IMG/VR virus record: IMGVR_UViG_3300045988_143931
Location: 97,064 to 161,063 of that record
Source: a virus
Direction: 5' to 3' (one strand)
DNA: 64,000 nt
In this document: one piece after another, positions 8,951 to 16,933 of the stretch
How positions within the stretch are numbered: position 1 is the stretch's first letter
Layout of the letters: each line of letters opens with the position of its first letter
Made by a program: the position numbers and the translations under genes
The notes under the pieces: generated by a model
Seen by the model: only the letters and a program-made list of their open reading frames with translations
Told to the model about the DNA's origin: nothing
Databases searched by the model: none

Positions 8951-9598
8951 CTAACACTTCTTTTTATTCCAACACTTCTTCACATAACAACCAAATTTAA
9001 TAATTTTAACCCCTAGAATATCTATCCCTTTAATTATAATCTTAATAAGAAAAATAACTAAGAATACCTCTCCACATACAAATGCATATTTGTAGACCAT
9101 ACCTTCATTATTAAATAAAGCTGCAATTATAAATGACATATAAATAATTAGTCCATCTACTCCACAGAAAAATATGAACTTATCGTCTTTAGATGAATAC
9201 ATAACACTCTGTATAAAATTAGGTTCAAGATATCCTAATCTTCTGCGTAGATATGAATTTCTATCATATATGTTATTTTTGAAATTATTGTAGTTATATT
9301 TATTATGATTGTCTTTTAATATTATATATGTTTTATGAGTGGATCTGTCAATATATTTGATATTATAATCATTCATATAAGTTGATATATGATTTATAAT
9401 ATCATTTATAGTATTTTCGTTATATTCCTTATTATTGCTTAAAATTTTATACAAGGGATAATAAATTTGATTATATGCAATTTTCATATTATCTAATGGA
9501 ATATTCTTATTATAATTATATTTGGTTACAATAAAGGTAAATATACCTGTTATAAGTGCAGGAAGAATTATTTTTAATATTTCTATAAATGATTTCAT
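8951..9598 (-). CDS. Hypothetical membrane protein (moron-like, very AT-rich)
   Basis: 215 aa. One N-terminal and several C-terminal hydrophobic segments. It is an isolated minus-strand gene among plus-strand genes. Confidence 0.5.
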   Translation of the reverse strand: MKSFIEILKIILPALITGIFTFIVTKYNYNKNIPLDNMKIAYNQIYYPLYKILSNNKEYNENTINDIINHISTYMNDYNIKYIDRSTHKTYIILKDNHNKYNYNNFKNNIYDRNSYLRRRLGYLEPNFIQSVMYSSKDDKFIFFCGVDGLIIYMSFIIAALFNNEGMVYKYAFVCGEVFLVIFLIKIIIKGIDILGVKIIKFGCYVKKCWNKKKC

Positions 9599-9622
9599 AA
9601 TTTTACCTCATTATATTTTTAC

Positions 9623-9651
9623 TTGCATCAGCTAATTATATGTGTTACAAT
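9623..9651 (+). promoter_or_regulatory. Sigma-70/SigA-type promoter of a small antisense RNA
   Basis: TTGCAT (9623-9628), 17-bp spacer, extended -10 TGtTACAAT (9643-9651). Confidence 0.6.
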
Positions 9652-9657
9652 ACAAAC

Positions 9658-9775
9658 CAAAAGAAACAAGCAATTATCCGTTAGACGGTTGAGCCAATAT
9701 AATCAACAATGGCTAAATAAATATAATATTCAACACATTAATGACCGTGCTTTGGCGAGTGGCGGTCATTTTTGT
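9658..9775 (+). ncRNA. Small RNA (about 118 nt), candidate type I antitoxin antisense to the 3' end of the small ORF 9738..9866
   Basis: It runs from the promoter at 9623-9651 to a GC-rich hairpin (9741-9747 pairs with 9763-9769) followed by TTTTT (9770-9774). No ORF or SD. It overlaps the convergent peptide gene by about 37 nt. Confidence 0.45.
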
Positions 9776-9866
9776 GTTTATCAAGAACTCTAACTAGGTA
9801 TGTAGAGCAAATTCCGCTTACTATACCAGTTACTAATGTAAAAATTAGTAAACCACAAAATGTCAC
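9738..9866 (-). CDS. Small hydrophobic peptide (42 aa), type I toxin-like
   Basis: Not in the track because it is under 60 aa. AGGAGG (9879..9874), 7-nt spacer, GTG at 9866. Translation (M)TFCGLLIFTLVTGIVSGICSTYLVRVLDKHKNDRHSPKHGH has one TM helix and a charged tail. The 5' UTR segment UAUCCUC can pair with GAGGAUA and cover the SD. Confidence 0.5.
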   Translation of the reverse strand: MTFCGLLIFTLVTGIVSGICSTYLVRVLDKHKNDRHSPKHGH

Positions 9867-10390
9867 GTATTATCCTCCTTTGTAAGTATTTCCTACATGA
9901 TGTCACGAGGATATTTATATAACAGAACATCACTGCTCTGACGTGACTCAAACACCTAACCATCTCTATCTAGCCAAACAAAGATGTTTGAATAACCGCT
10001 TGTCCTTTACATTATAAATCATATGACATTTTCTGTCAAAATATTCCAAAAAAAGAGAATAATATAACATATAAATCAATCAGAGAATATAAAAGTATCT
10101 TAAAAAGAATTTCTTTTGTATGGGTTGAGTCTAATTTGATCCTAGTTTTCTTAATTCTATCGACATCTAGGATAATCGGTTAATTTCAACCTTAGAAATG
10201 AGAAGATGTTCGTGCCTCTCTGCGTTAATGAGAATCCTTAATTGACGGATAAGAGTCATTAAATCTTATCAATTGATCTTTACTCCGAAGACCGAAAATA
10301 TATAGAGAATAATCAGTAAGCATGGATACCTTGTGTGTCTTAGGGTACTTAGTTTGTACCTGAATAATAAAGTGGGTGATACCCACATTA

Positions 10391-10463
10391 GATCTGTTCG
10401 TCTAGTGGTCTAGGACATCGCCCTTTCACGGCGGCAACAGGAGTCCGAATCTCCTACAGATCA
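10391..10463 (+). tRNA. tRNA-Glu (anticodon TTC)
   Basis: Acceptor gatctgt/acagatc, anticodon loop ctTTCac, T arm aggagTCCGAATctcct. Confidence 0.85.
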
Positions 10464-10701
10464 TTATGCGGTAAACCTGATGTGAAAACCTATTTTTTGG
10501 ATGCATACGAAACTTAGGCGTGTAAGCTCAACACTTACTACCGCCCTTATGTTTTTTATAACTTTTTAGTTATTATAACAACATATTCTATTTAAACTTT
10601 TTCTTAGATATTTTCGATCAGCATATGGAGAGATATATAAAAAAAGTTGTTCAAATCCTTTTTTATTATGATATACTGTATATCAAAAAAGGAGAAAAAT
10701 T

Positions 10702-11406
10702 ATGGAAAATTTACTCAAAAAGTTTAATATATTTGATTTATTTACTATGCTTATTCCAGGTGTGATTATTTTAACTTTATCCTGTATTTCATTATCATTC
10801 GAATATTATGACAGGTGGACAAATTGGGAAAAGGAAAAATATGTAATCTTTTTTGTAATTAGTTACTTGTTAGGTATAGTTTTTCAACAGCTTGGAAATA
10901 TAGTTGATCAAAAATGGATATATAGACATGTATATGGTGGAAGCCCTAGAGAAATTTTTCTTTTAAAAGATAAATATATGAAAATACTAAATAATGAATT
11001 GGCTTATAAGGACGCATTAAATATAAAAAAGTATTTAATTGATTATTTTGATATAGATACCAAAAATATTAGAAATATTGAACAACAAAAGCAATTAAAC
11101 GCAAGAATATTTTCATATTGTTTAAACATTGTAGAAATAAATGGGTTATCATTCAAGGCTGATAAAATGCTTGTTATTTCTGAAATGAGTAGATCATTGT
11201 CGTTAGGGTTTATATCTATAATTTTATTAAATCTGCTTATGATTCTATTTTTTCATTTTCATTATGTATTTTTTCTTATGGAAAATATTATATTATTATT
11301 TTTAGCTTATATATTTTTTGATAGAAAAAAACAATATGAAAAGTATAGATATATAATTATTTTACGAATGTTTTCAATATATATGAGAGATAAAGAAATT
11401 AAATAA
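10702..11406 (+). CDS. Hypothetical multi-pass membrane protein (moron-like)
   Basis: 234 aa, very AT-rich, with hydrophobic N- and C-terminal regions. SD is AAAGGAG. An extended -10 (TGATATACT) lies upstream. Confidence 0.55.
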   Translation: MENLLKKFNIFDLFTMLIPGVIILTLSCISLSFEYYDRWTNWEKEKYVIFFVISYLLGIVFQQLGNIVDQKWIYRHVYGGSPREIFLLKDKYMKILNNELAYKDALNIKKYLIDYFDIDTKNIRNIEQQKQLNARIFSYCLNIVEINGLSFKADKMLVISEMSRSLSLGFISIILLNLLMILFFHFHYVFFLMENIILLFLAYIFFDRKKQYEKYRYIIILRMFSIYMRDKEIK

Positions 11407-11415
11407 AATAGTAAA

Positions 11416-11445
11416 GAGTCATTTCCTTTGGAGGTGGCTCTTTTG
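11416..11445 (+). terminator. Rho-independent terminator
   Basis: 11-bp stem gagtcatttcc/ggaggtggctc (three G-U pairs) followed by TTTT. Confidence 0.65.
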
Positions 11446-11449
11446 TTAT

Positions 11450-11537
11450 GTAGTATTGGCAGAGTTGGTATTGCACCTGATTGCTAATCAGAGGTCATCG
11501 TTTATTCGGTGCATAGGTTCAAGTCCTATATACTACG
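11450..11537 (+). tRNA. tRNA-Ser (anticodon GCT), type II
   Basis: Acceptor gtagtat/atactac, anticodon loop ttGCTaa, long variable arm, T arm ataggTTCAAGTcctat. Confidence 0.8.
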
Positions 11538-11542
11538 CTCAT

Positions 11543-11626
11543 GCCGTGTGTCCGATTGGTCGAGGGTGCTGTCTTGAAAACAGTCTGGATGTAAAAGTCT
11601 TTAGGGTTCGAATCCCTAACACGGCG
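11543..11626 (+). tRNA. tRNA-Ser (anticodon TGA), type II
   Basis: Acceptor gccgtgt/acacggc, anticodon stem gctgt/acagt with loop ctTGAaa, long variable arm, T arm tagggTTCGAATcccta. Confidence 0.75.
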
Positions 11627-11674
11627 TTCTAAATAAATTGCACTTTCATTGGAAATTTAATATTGGAAATTATG

Positions 11675-11708
11675 AGAAGTTATTTCGTATGAGGTGGCTT
11701 CTTTTTTA
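11675..11708 (+). terminator. Hairpin plus T-tract, paralogous to the one at 11416
   Basis: 12-bp stem agaagttatttc/gaggtggcttct (G-U rich) followed by TTTTT. It shares GAGGTGGCT with the terminator at 11416. Confidence 0.6.
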
Positions 11709-11725
11709 TATTGAAATAAAAGGAG

Positions 11726-13051
11726 GTGGTCGTTAGTTTGGCTACGACAAAAGAGACACAGCCTACAAAATTAACGGCTGCACAATTAAAGAAGAAAATT
11801 GAAACACAGGAAGAGAAAATCAAGTCACTTAAAGAGGGTGCTTGGTGTTACATGTGTGATACTCATAAAGCTAAAGATAAATTTTATGTAAGTACAGATC
11901 CTATGAGTAAAAGTGGTCTTACTCCAATTTGTAAAGACTGTGCAAAAAAGATAGCCCTTAAAATTGGGAAGGACAAGGTTGAACATGAGCCTGATAAGAA
12001 CTCTGTAATCGAAACAATGAGGTATCTTAATAAGCCTTTTTTGTCAAAATTATGGGATGCTAGTATTCAAGAATCGGAAAATTTAGCTTTAGGCAAAGTT
12101 CGTTCTAATGGTTATTATTCATATATAAAGAATGTGGCTATGGGACAATATAACACCATGACATTTAAAGATTCGGATATTTTTGATAATCACGCAGTCG
12201 AGGACGAGACACCAAAGGAACAAACAACCGAGGAGGAACTTATTGAGTCTCACGCAGGATTGGATACATATGATAGTTTCTTAAAAAATAAGAATGATGT
12301 TATTCGATTACTCAGCTATGATCCTTTTGAAAAAGAGGATATAGCCGACCAACCATTTTTATATTCTCAGTTATTAGGTCTATTAGATTCTAGTGAAGAT
12401 GCAAATGAAGACATGATGCGTACCTCTTCCGCTATCTCTATTGTTCGTGGATTCTTACAACAATCTAAAATTGATGATACCATATCAAAATTAATGTGTG
12501 ATATTTCTAATATTGAACGCAATTCTGCAACAATTAAATCCCTACAAGAAAGTAAAGGAAAAATAACTTCGGTCATTACAAGTCTTGCTCAAGACAGTTG
12601 TATTTCATTAAAGCACAATAAAAATGCTAAAAAAGGTGAAAATACTTGGACTGGTAAAATCAAAAAAATTAAGAGTCTTAACCTACGAAGTGGTGAAGTC
12701 AATGGTTTTGACATTGATACTTGTAGAGGTATGCAACAAGTTCAGGAAATTAGCGATGCTTCTATTATGAAGCAATTGGCACTTGACGAATCTGAATGGT
12801 CAGATATGGTTTCTGAAATGCGTGTTGTAAATACTGGTCTTCGTAAAGAAAAGGATGCTTATCAAGAAATTAATAGAATCTTATTGAGAGAAAATCTTGA
12901 TTTGAGGGATACATTAAAAGAAAATAATTTACTAAACGAAGAACAGTTAAAAGATTTAAAAGATGTTTATTCTGTTTTTGCGGAATTTGACGAAGAGAAA
13001 GAATCTCCTGATGAAGAATCAAAGGAGGTTGTTGAAAATGAATCAGAATAA
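11726..13051 (+). CDS. Zn-finger protein in the small-terminase position (function uncertain)
   Basis: 441 aa, directly upstream of and overlapping terL. CYMCD...CKDC pair, acidic C-terminus. The start is GTG 11726 or TTG 11738, near AGGAGG. Confidence 0.35.
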   Translation: MVVSLATTKETQPTKLTAAQLKKKIETQEEKIKSLKEGAWCYMCDTHKAKDKFYVSTDPMSKSGLTPICKDCAKKIALKIGKDKVEHEPDKNSVIETMRYLNKPFLSKLWDASIQESENLALGKVRSNGYYSYIKNVAMGQYNTMTFKDSDIFDNHAVEDETPKEQTTEEELIESHAGLDTYDSFLKNKNDVIRLLSYDPFEKEDIADQPFLYSQLLGLLDSSEDANEDMMRTSSAISIVRGFLQQSKIDDTISKLMCDISNIERNSATIKSLQESKGKITSVITSLAQDSCISLKHNKNAKKGENTWTGKIKKIKSLNLRSGEVNGFDIDTCRGMQQVQEISDASIMKQLALDESEWSDMVSEMRVVNTGLRKEKDAYQEINRILLRENLDLRDTLKENNLLNEEQLKDLKDVYSVFAEFDEEKESPDEESKEVVENESE

Positions 13052-15092
13052 ACAAATGATTATGAATTACTATCAGAATGAAATTCTTGATTATGATAAG
13101 GATTTTTATAATCAATACGGAATATATGTAAAACCACATGGTTACTCTATTTCTTCTCGTAAAATTGAATCTTATATTCAAATCGCTGAAATCCAAAAAT
13201 ATCTGCAATGCAACCCAGTAAAAGCTATAGATCTCTTTTTCAATATAGAGCTTTTAGATGGGCAAGCACTTCTTGTACAAAGAAGTTGGGTTTGCCCAAA
13301 TGTACTTGCAGTATGTACTCGTGGATATGGTAAAAGTACAGTTATTGACCTTGAGATTATGTCTAAAGATATGTGTTTTTGTAATGTATGGACATATATT
13401 GCAAGCGGTACAGGTGGTCAGGCTGAACAAACTTTCACTACTTTGGAACGACTTGCCAATGATAACATTGATACATTTTACGGTTCAACTGGTTCTTTAT
13501 TTAAGAACGAGATTGAAATTAAAAATGCAGCAGGTGATGGATTTTCACACTCGTCCAATGGTTTTTCCTATTCATGTTATAACGGATCTATGACTAGGAC
13601 ATTGAACGGAAATATAGATGCAAAAAGAGGTATGCGAGGAACAGTAATTTTTGACGAAAGTGGTTTCTTGTCTGATGAAATGATGAATGTATATGGTGCA
13701 TTCGCTGTTGTAAATAAAAGTTTAAAAACTGGTAAAGATATTGATGGTAATTCAATTGATCCTATCCGTCAAAGATGCTTACCAAGAGATTTATCTTATC
13801 AAAAATATTATATTAGTTCTGCTTCGTCAACAGATACACAATTTTGGAGATTATATAGAGATTTTTCAAAACAGCAGATTATGGGAAATCCTGACTATTG
13901 TGTATTGCATATAGATTGTGAACAAGCATTTAAACCAACTCTTAGAGGAGAATTAGTCACTCCTCTTCTATCTCGTAATACGGTTGAATCCGAAATGAGA
14001 ACAAATCCAGAAAAAGCTAGGCGTGAGTATTATTGTATTTTTACTACAGATGCTGGTACTGACGCAATTATTCGTAGAGGTGTTATTACACGTAACGAAG
14101 AAACTAGAAAACCACTTCTATATAACGATACAGGTGATAAAAAATTCGTCATCACATATGATCCTGCTAGAAGTCGAGATAATTCAGTCATTCTTGTTGG
14201 AGAAATTTATGAATACGAACAGGTAGACGGAAGCATTGATACAAGAATGAGATTGGTAAACTGTATTAATCTTATTGATGTTGGTAAAAAAATCAAATCT
14301 CCTATGCAGACACCAGATCAGATTGAATATTTAAAAAAAGTAATTCTTGATTATAACGGTGGAGCTGACGCATATGGAAATATTGTTGGTGTATACATTG
14401 ATGCAGGTAGCGGTGGATCTGGTGTTAATATAGCTGATTATTTAATGCCAGATTGGACAGACTCTGCTGGCATTGTTCATAGAGGCTTAATAGATAAAGA
14501 ATACTCTGCCGATTATGTTAAGAAATTTCCAAATGCAGTAGACAAAGTACATCTTATGTCCCCTGCTGGTTACAAATCTGAAATGTATGAAGCAATGATA
14601 GAATTGATGAATCAGGATAAAATCAGTTTTACAGCACAATATGACCATAAAGGCTATCTCACTGTTTTTGATGTTGATGAGAAAAAATTGGCTAAAGAAA
14701 AAGAACGAATTTCTGCTGAACTCAGAAAACAAAAAGTTAATGAAAAGGAATTTGAAACTAAGCTCAATGAAGAATTAGAGAAAATTGAATCCGTTAATAC
14801 AAAAACTATAAAACTTGATTGGCAGGATGAAATTGCTCTTGCTAACATTGATGCTTTAAAAGAAGAACTTGTAAATATGGTTCGTAAGAAAAGAGATTCT
14901 GGAAAAGATTCATTTGAACTTACGCCTGAAAAAGCCAATAAGCTCCACGATGATCGTGCGTATACGGCGTGTATGGCTTCTTACGCCCTCATGTGTGAAC
15001 GTAGAAAAGCTATTACAAATAGAAAACGTCCAACCGAAGATGCCACAAGTTTCATAAATAAACTTACAATTCGTAAAGCAAAATACAATTAA
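13038..15092 (+). CDS. terL: Terminase large subunit
   Basis: ATG at 13038 after AAGGAGG (the tracked ORF starts earlier at 12963). Walker A-like CTRGYGKST, Walker B-like VIFDESGF. The C-terminal nuclease-like block has YIDAGSGGSG. Confidence 0.85.
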   Translation: MNQNKQMIMNYYQNEILDYDKDFYNQYGIYVKPHGYSISSRKIESYIQIAEIQKYLQCNPVKAIDLFFNIELLDGQALLVQRSWVCPNVLAVCTRGYGKSTVIDLEIMSKDMCFCNVWTYIASGTGGQAEQTFTTLERLANDNIDTFYGSTGSLFKNEIEIKNAAGDGFSHSSNGFSYSCYNGSMTRTLNGNIDAKRGMRGTVIFDESGFLSDEMMNVYGAFAVVNKSLKTGKDIDGNSIDPIRQRCLPRDLSYQKYYISSASSTDTQFWRLYRDFSKQQIMGNPDYCVLHIDCEQAFKPTLRGELVTPLLSRNTVESEMRTNPEKARREYYCIFTTDAGTDAIIRRGVITRNEETRKPLLYNDTGDKKFVITYDPARSRDNSVILVGEIYEYEQVDGSIDTRMRLVNCINLIDVGKKIKSPMQTPDQIEYLKKVILDYNGGADAYGNIVGVYIDAGSGGSGVNIADYLMPDWTDSAGIVHRGLIDKEYSADYVKKFPNAVDKVHLMSPAGYKSEMYEAMIELMNQDKISFTAQYDHKGYLTVFDVDEKKLAKEKERISAELRKQKVNEKEFETKLNEELEKIESVNTKTIKLDWQDEIALANIDALKEELVNMVRKKRDSGKDSFELTPEKANKLHDDRAYTACMASYALMCERRKAITNRKRPTEDATSFINKLTIRKAKYN

Positions 15093-15110
15093 GGAGGTGC
15101 ATTATCAAAT

Positions 15111-16688
15111 ATGCCAAGACCTAAGAAAGTAGATGCAAATTCTAATGCACCTGCTAAAATAAATAATTCACAGAAGAAAACCACTTCTTCTACTCCAAAA
15201 CAGCCAACCACAAATGAAATGCGTGAATGGTATGAGAAAAATAAAAGTAGACTTGAACATTATGAAGACGCAACAAGTGCAATTACAAGTCTTCGAGACA
15301 TTCAGAAATCATCCAGATATACGTCAATCAGTAACTACTCAAAGGAAGATGTAAAAACATACATAAAGAATATCTCTTCTAATGAAAAGAATCTACGAAG
15401 CTTATCTCGTTATCTTTATTATCGTTCAGAAATCTATTATCGTCTTTGTAAATATTATGCAAATCAGATTGATCTGACAATTCGTAATATAGTTCCCCCT
15501 TTTATAATCTCAGGTGAAAACGATATACAATCCACTTTACAAAAGTATCAAGAAACAGTTGATATAGTTGACACTCTAGGATTGAATTATGAATTTCGTA
15601 AAGCTGCGTCTATCACTTTAAGAGAAGATGTATTTTATGGATGTGCTTATTATACAGAAGGACAAGGAATGTTTGTTCTTCCATTAGATCCAGATTATAT
15701 GAAAATAGCAGGTATGTTTCCTGATGGTTCATTTGCAGGAGCTATGGATATGAGTTATTTCCGTAGTCATCAGGAACTTCTTGAATATTGGGGAGAGCCA
15801 TTCAATAGTATGTGGAACACATATCAGAGCACAAATGAAAAATATCAGCTAATTCCAGAAGAATATAATGTATGTATTAAATTTAGGTCTGAAGACTGGG
15901 AAACCATCGTTCCCGTGCTTACACCTATATTTTTATCATTGATTGATCTTATGGACGCTTCTGATTATCAAGCAGTTCAACAGGCAGCTAATATTTATAA
16001 ATTAGTGTGGCTTGAAATGAAGACAATGGGTAATGATGTAGATGATTGGGCTGTAAATCCAGATATAATGATTCAATATTTTAATCGTATGCTTGAAGAA
16101 GCTTTACCACCTTATATCTCTGCTGCTATTGTTCCTGGTGAATTACATGAAATTAGTTTCCCAGATGATGCTACTGGTGATGTAACAAAGGTTGAAAAAG
16201 CAACAAAAGAAATTCTTAATACGGCTGGTGGTGCTCAGATATTAAATTTAAACTCCGCTTCTAACTCTACTGCCTTTACATATGGCGTACTTGCAGATTC
16301 TACATTTTCTATTTCAACTCTTATTCCACAGATTCAAGCGATTGTAAATCGACTTTTATCTAGTTGGATATCTGAACCTTGTAAAGTTAAATTCTTTGAT
16401 GTTTCTATTTATCAGAAGGATGATTTTAAAAAATCAATCTTGGAATCATGCACTAATGGATTACCAAACAAAATTCTTTATAACACATTGAATGGTGTGT
16501 CTGAAAAAGATACGTTATCTATGAACTTTTTGGAAGAAGACTGTTTGCAACTTAGTTCAAAATTCAAACCACTATCTAGCACTTATACTCAGACAGGTAA
16601 TAATAAAGGCGGTGGTCAAGAGAAGGATGATTCGGAACTTACAGATGCTGGGCTTCGTACAAGAGACGAGAATTTAAATGATAAATAG
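15111..16688 (+). CDS. Portal protein
   Basis: 525 aa, immediately after terL. Size and position are typical. Acidic C-terminal tail. Confidence 0.7.
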   Translation: MPRPKKVDANSNAPAKINNSQKKTTSSTPKQPTTNEMREWYEKNKSRLEHYEDATSAITSLRDIQKSSRYTSISNYSKEDVKTYIKNISSNEKNLRSLSRYLYYRSEIYYRLCKYYANQIDLTIRNIVPPFIISGENDIQSTLQKYQETVDIVDTLGLNYEFRKAASITLREDVFYGCAYYTEGQGMFVLPLDPDYMKIAGMFPDGSFAGAMDMSYFRSHQELLEYWGEPFNSMWNTYQSTNEKYQLIPEEYNVCIKFRSEDWETIVPVLTPIFLSLIDLMDASDYQAVQQAANIYKLVWLEMKTMGNDVDDWAVNPDIMIQYFNRMLEEALPPYISAAIVPGELHEISFPDDATGDVTKVEKATKEILNTAGGAQILNLNSASNSTAFTYGVLADSTFSISTLIPQIQAIVNRLLSSWISEPCKVKFFDVSIYQKDDFKKSILESCTNGLPNKILYNTLNGVSEKDTLSMNFLEEDCLQLSSKFKPLSSTYTQTGNNKGGGQEKDDSELTDAGLRTRDENLNDK

Positions 16689-16699
16689 GAGTTGATGGA

Positions 16700-16879
16700 A
16701 TGAACCAAAAATTTATACAAACGCAAGATGCACCTACTGCTACTCTCCTATCTCAATTAGGATATCAACAGGTGCAAAATTCTAATGGTATTTATGTATT
16801 TTTGAATACTGATACCCTTCGGTTTTCAGAAAATATAGATATAAATAAATTAAAGTATACAAATATGCTTACATTTTAG
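16700..16879 (+). CDS. Small hypothetical protein (59 aa)
   Basis: Below the track cut-off. SD GGAG, then ATG at 16700. Translation begins MNQKFIQTQDAPTATLLSQLGYQQ. A terminator follows. Confidence 0.45.
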   Translation: MNQKFIQTQDAPTATLLSQLGYQQVQNSNGIYVFLNTDTLRFSENIDINKLKYTNMLTF

Positions 16880-16905
16880 TCGTCTTCCTTGGGCGACTTT
16901 TATTA
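16878..16905 (+). terminator. Rho-independent terminator
   Basis: Stem agtcgtc/ggcgact followed by TTTATTAT. Confidence 0.7.
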
Positions 16906-16933
16906 TGTCAGAAAGGAGGAAAAGACTAAGTAG

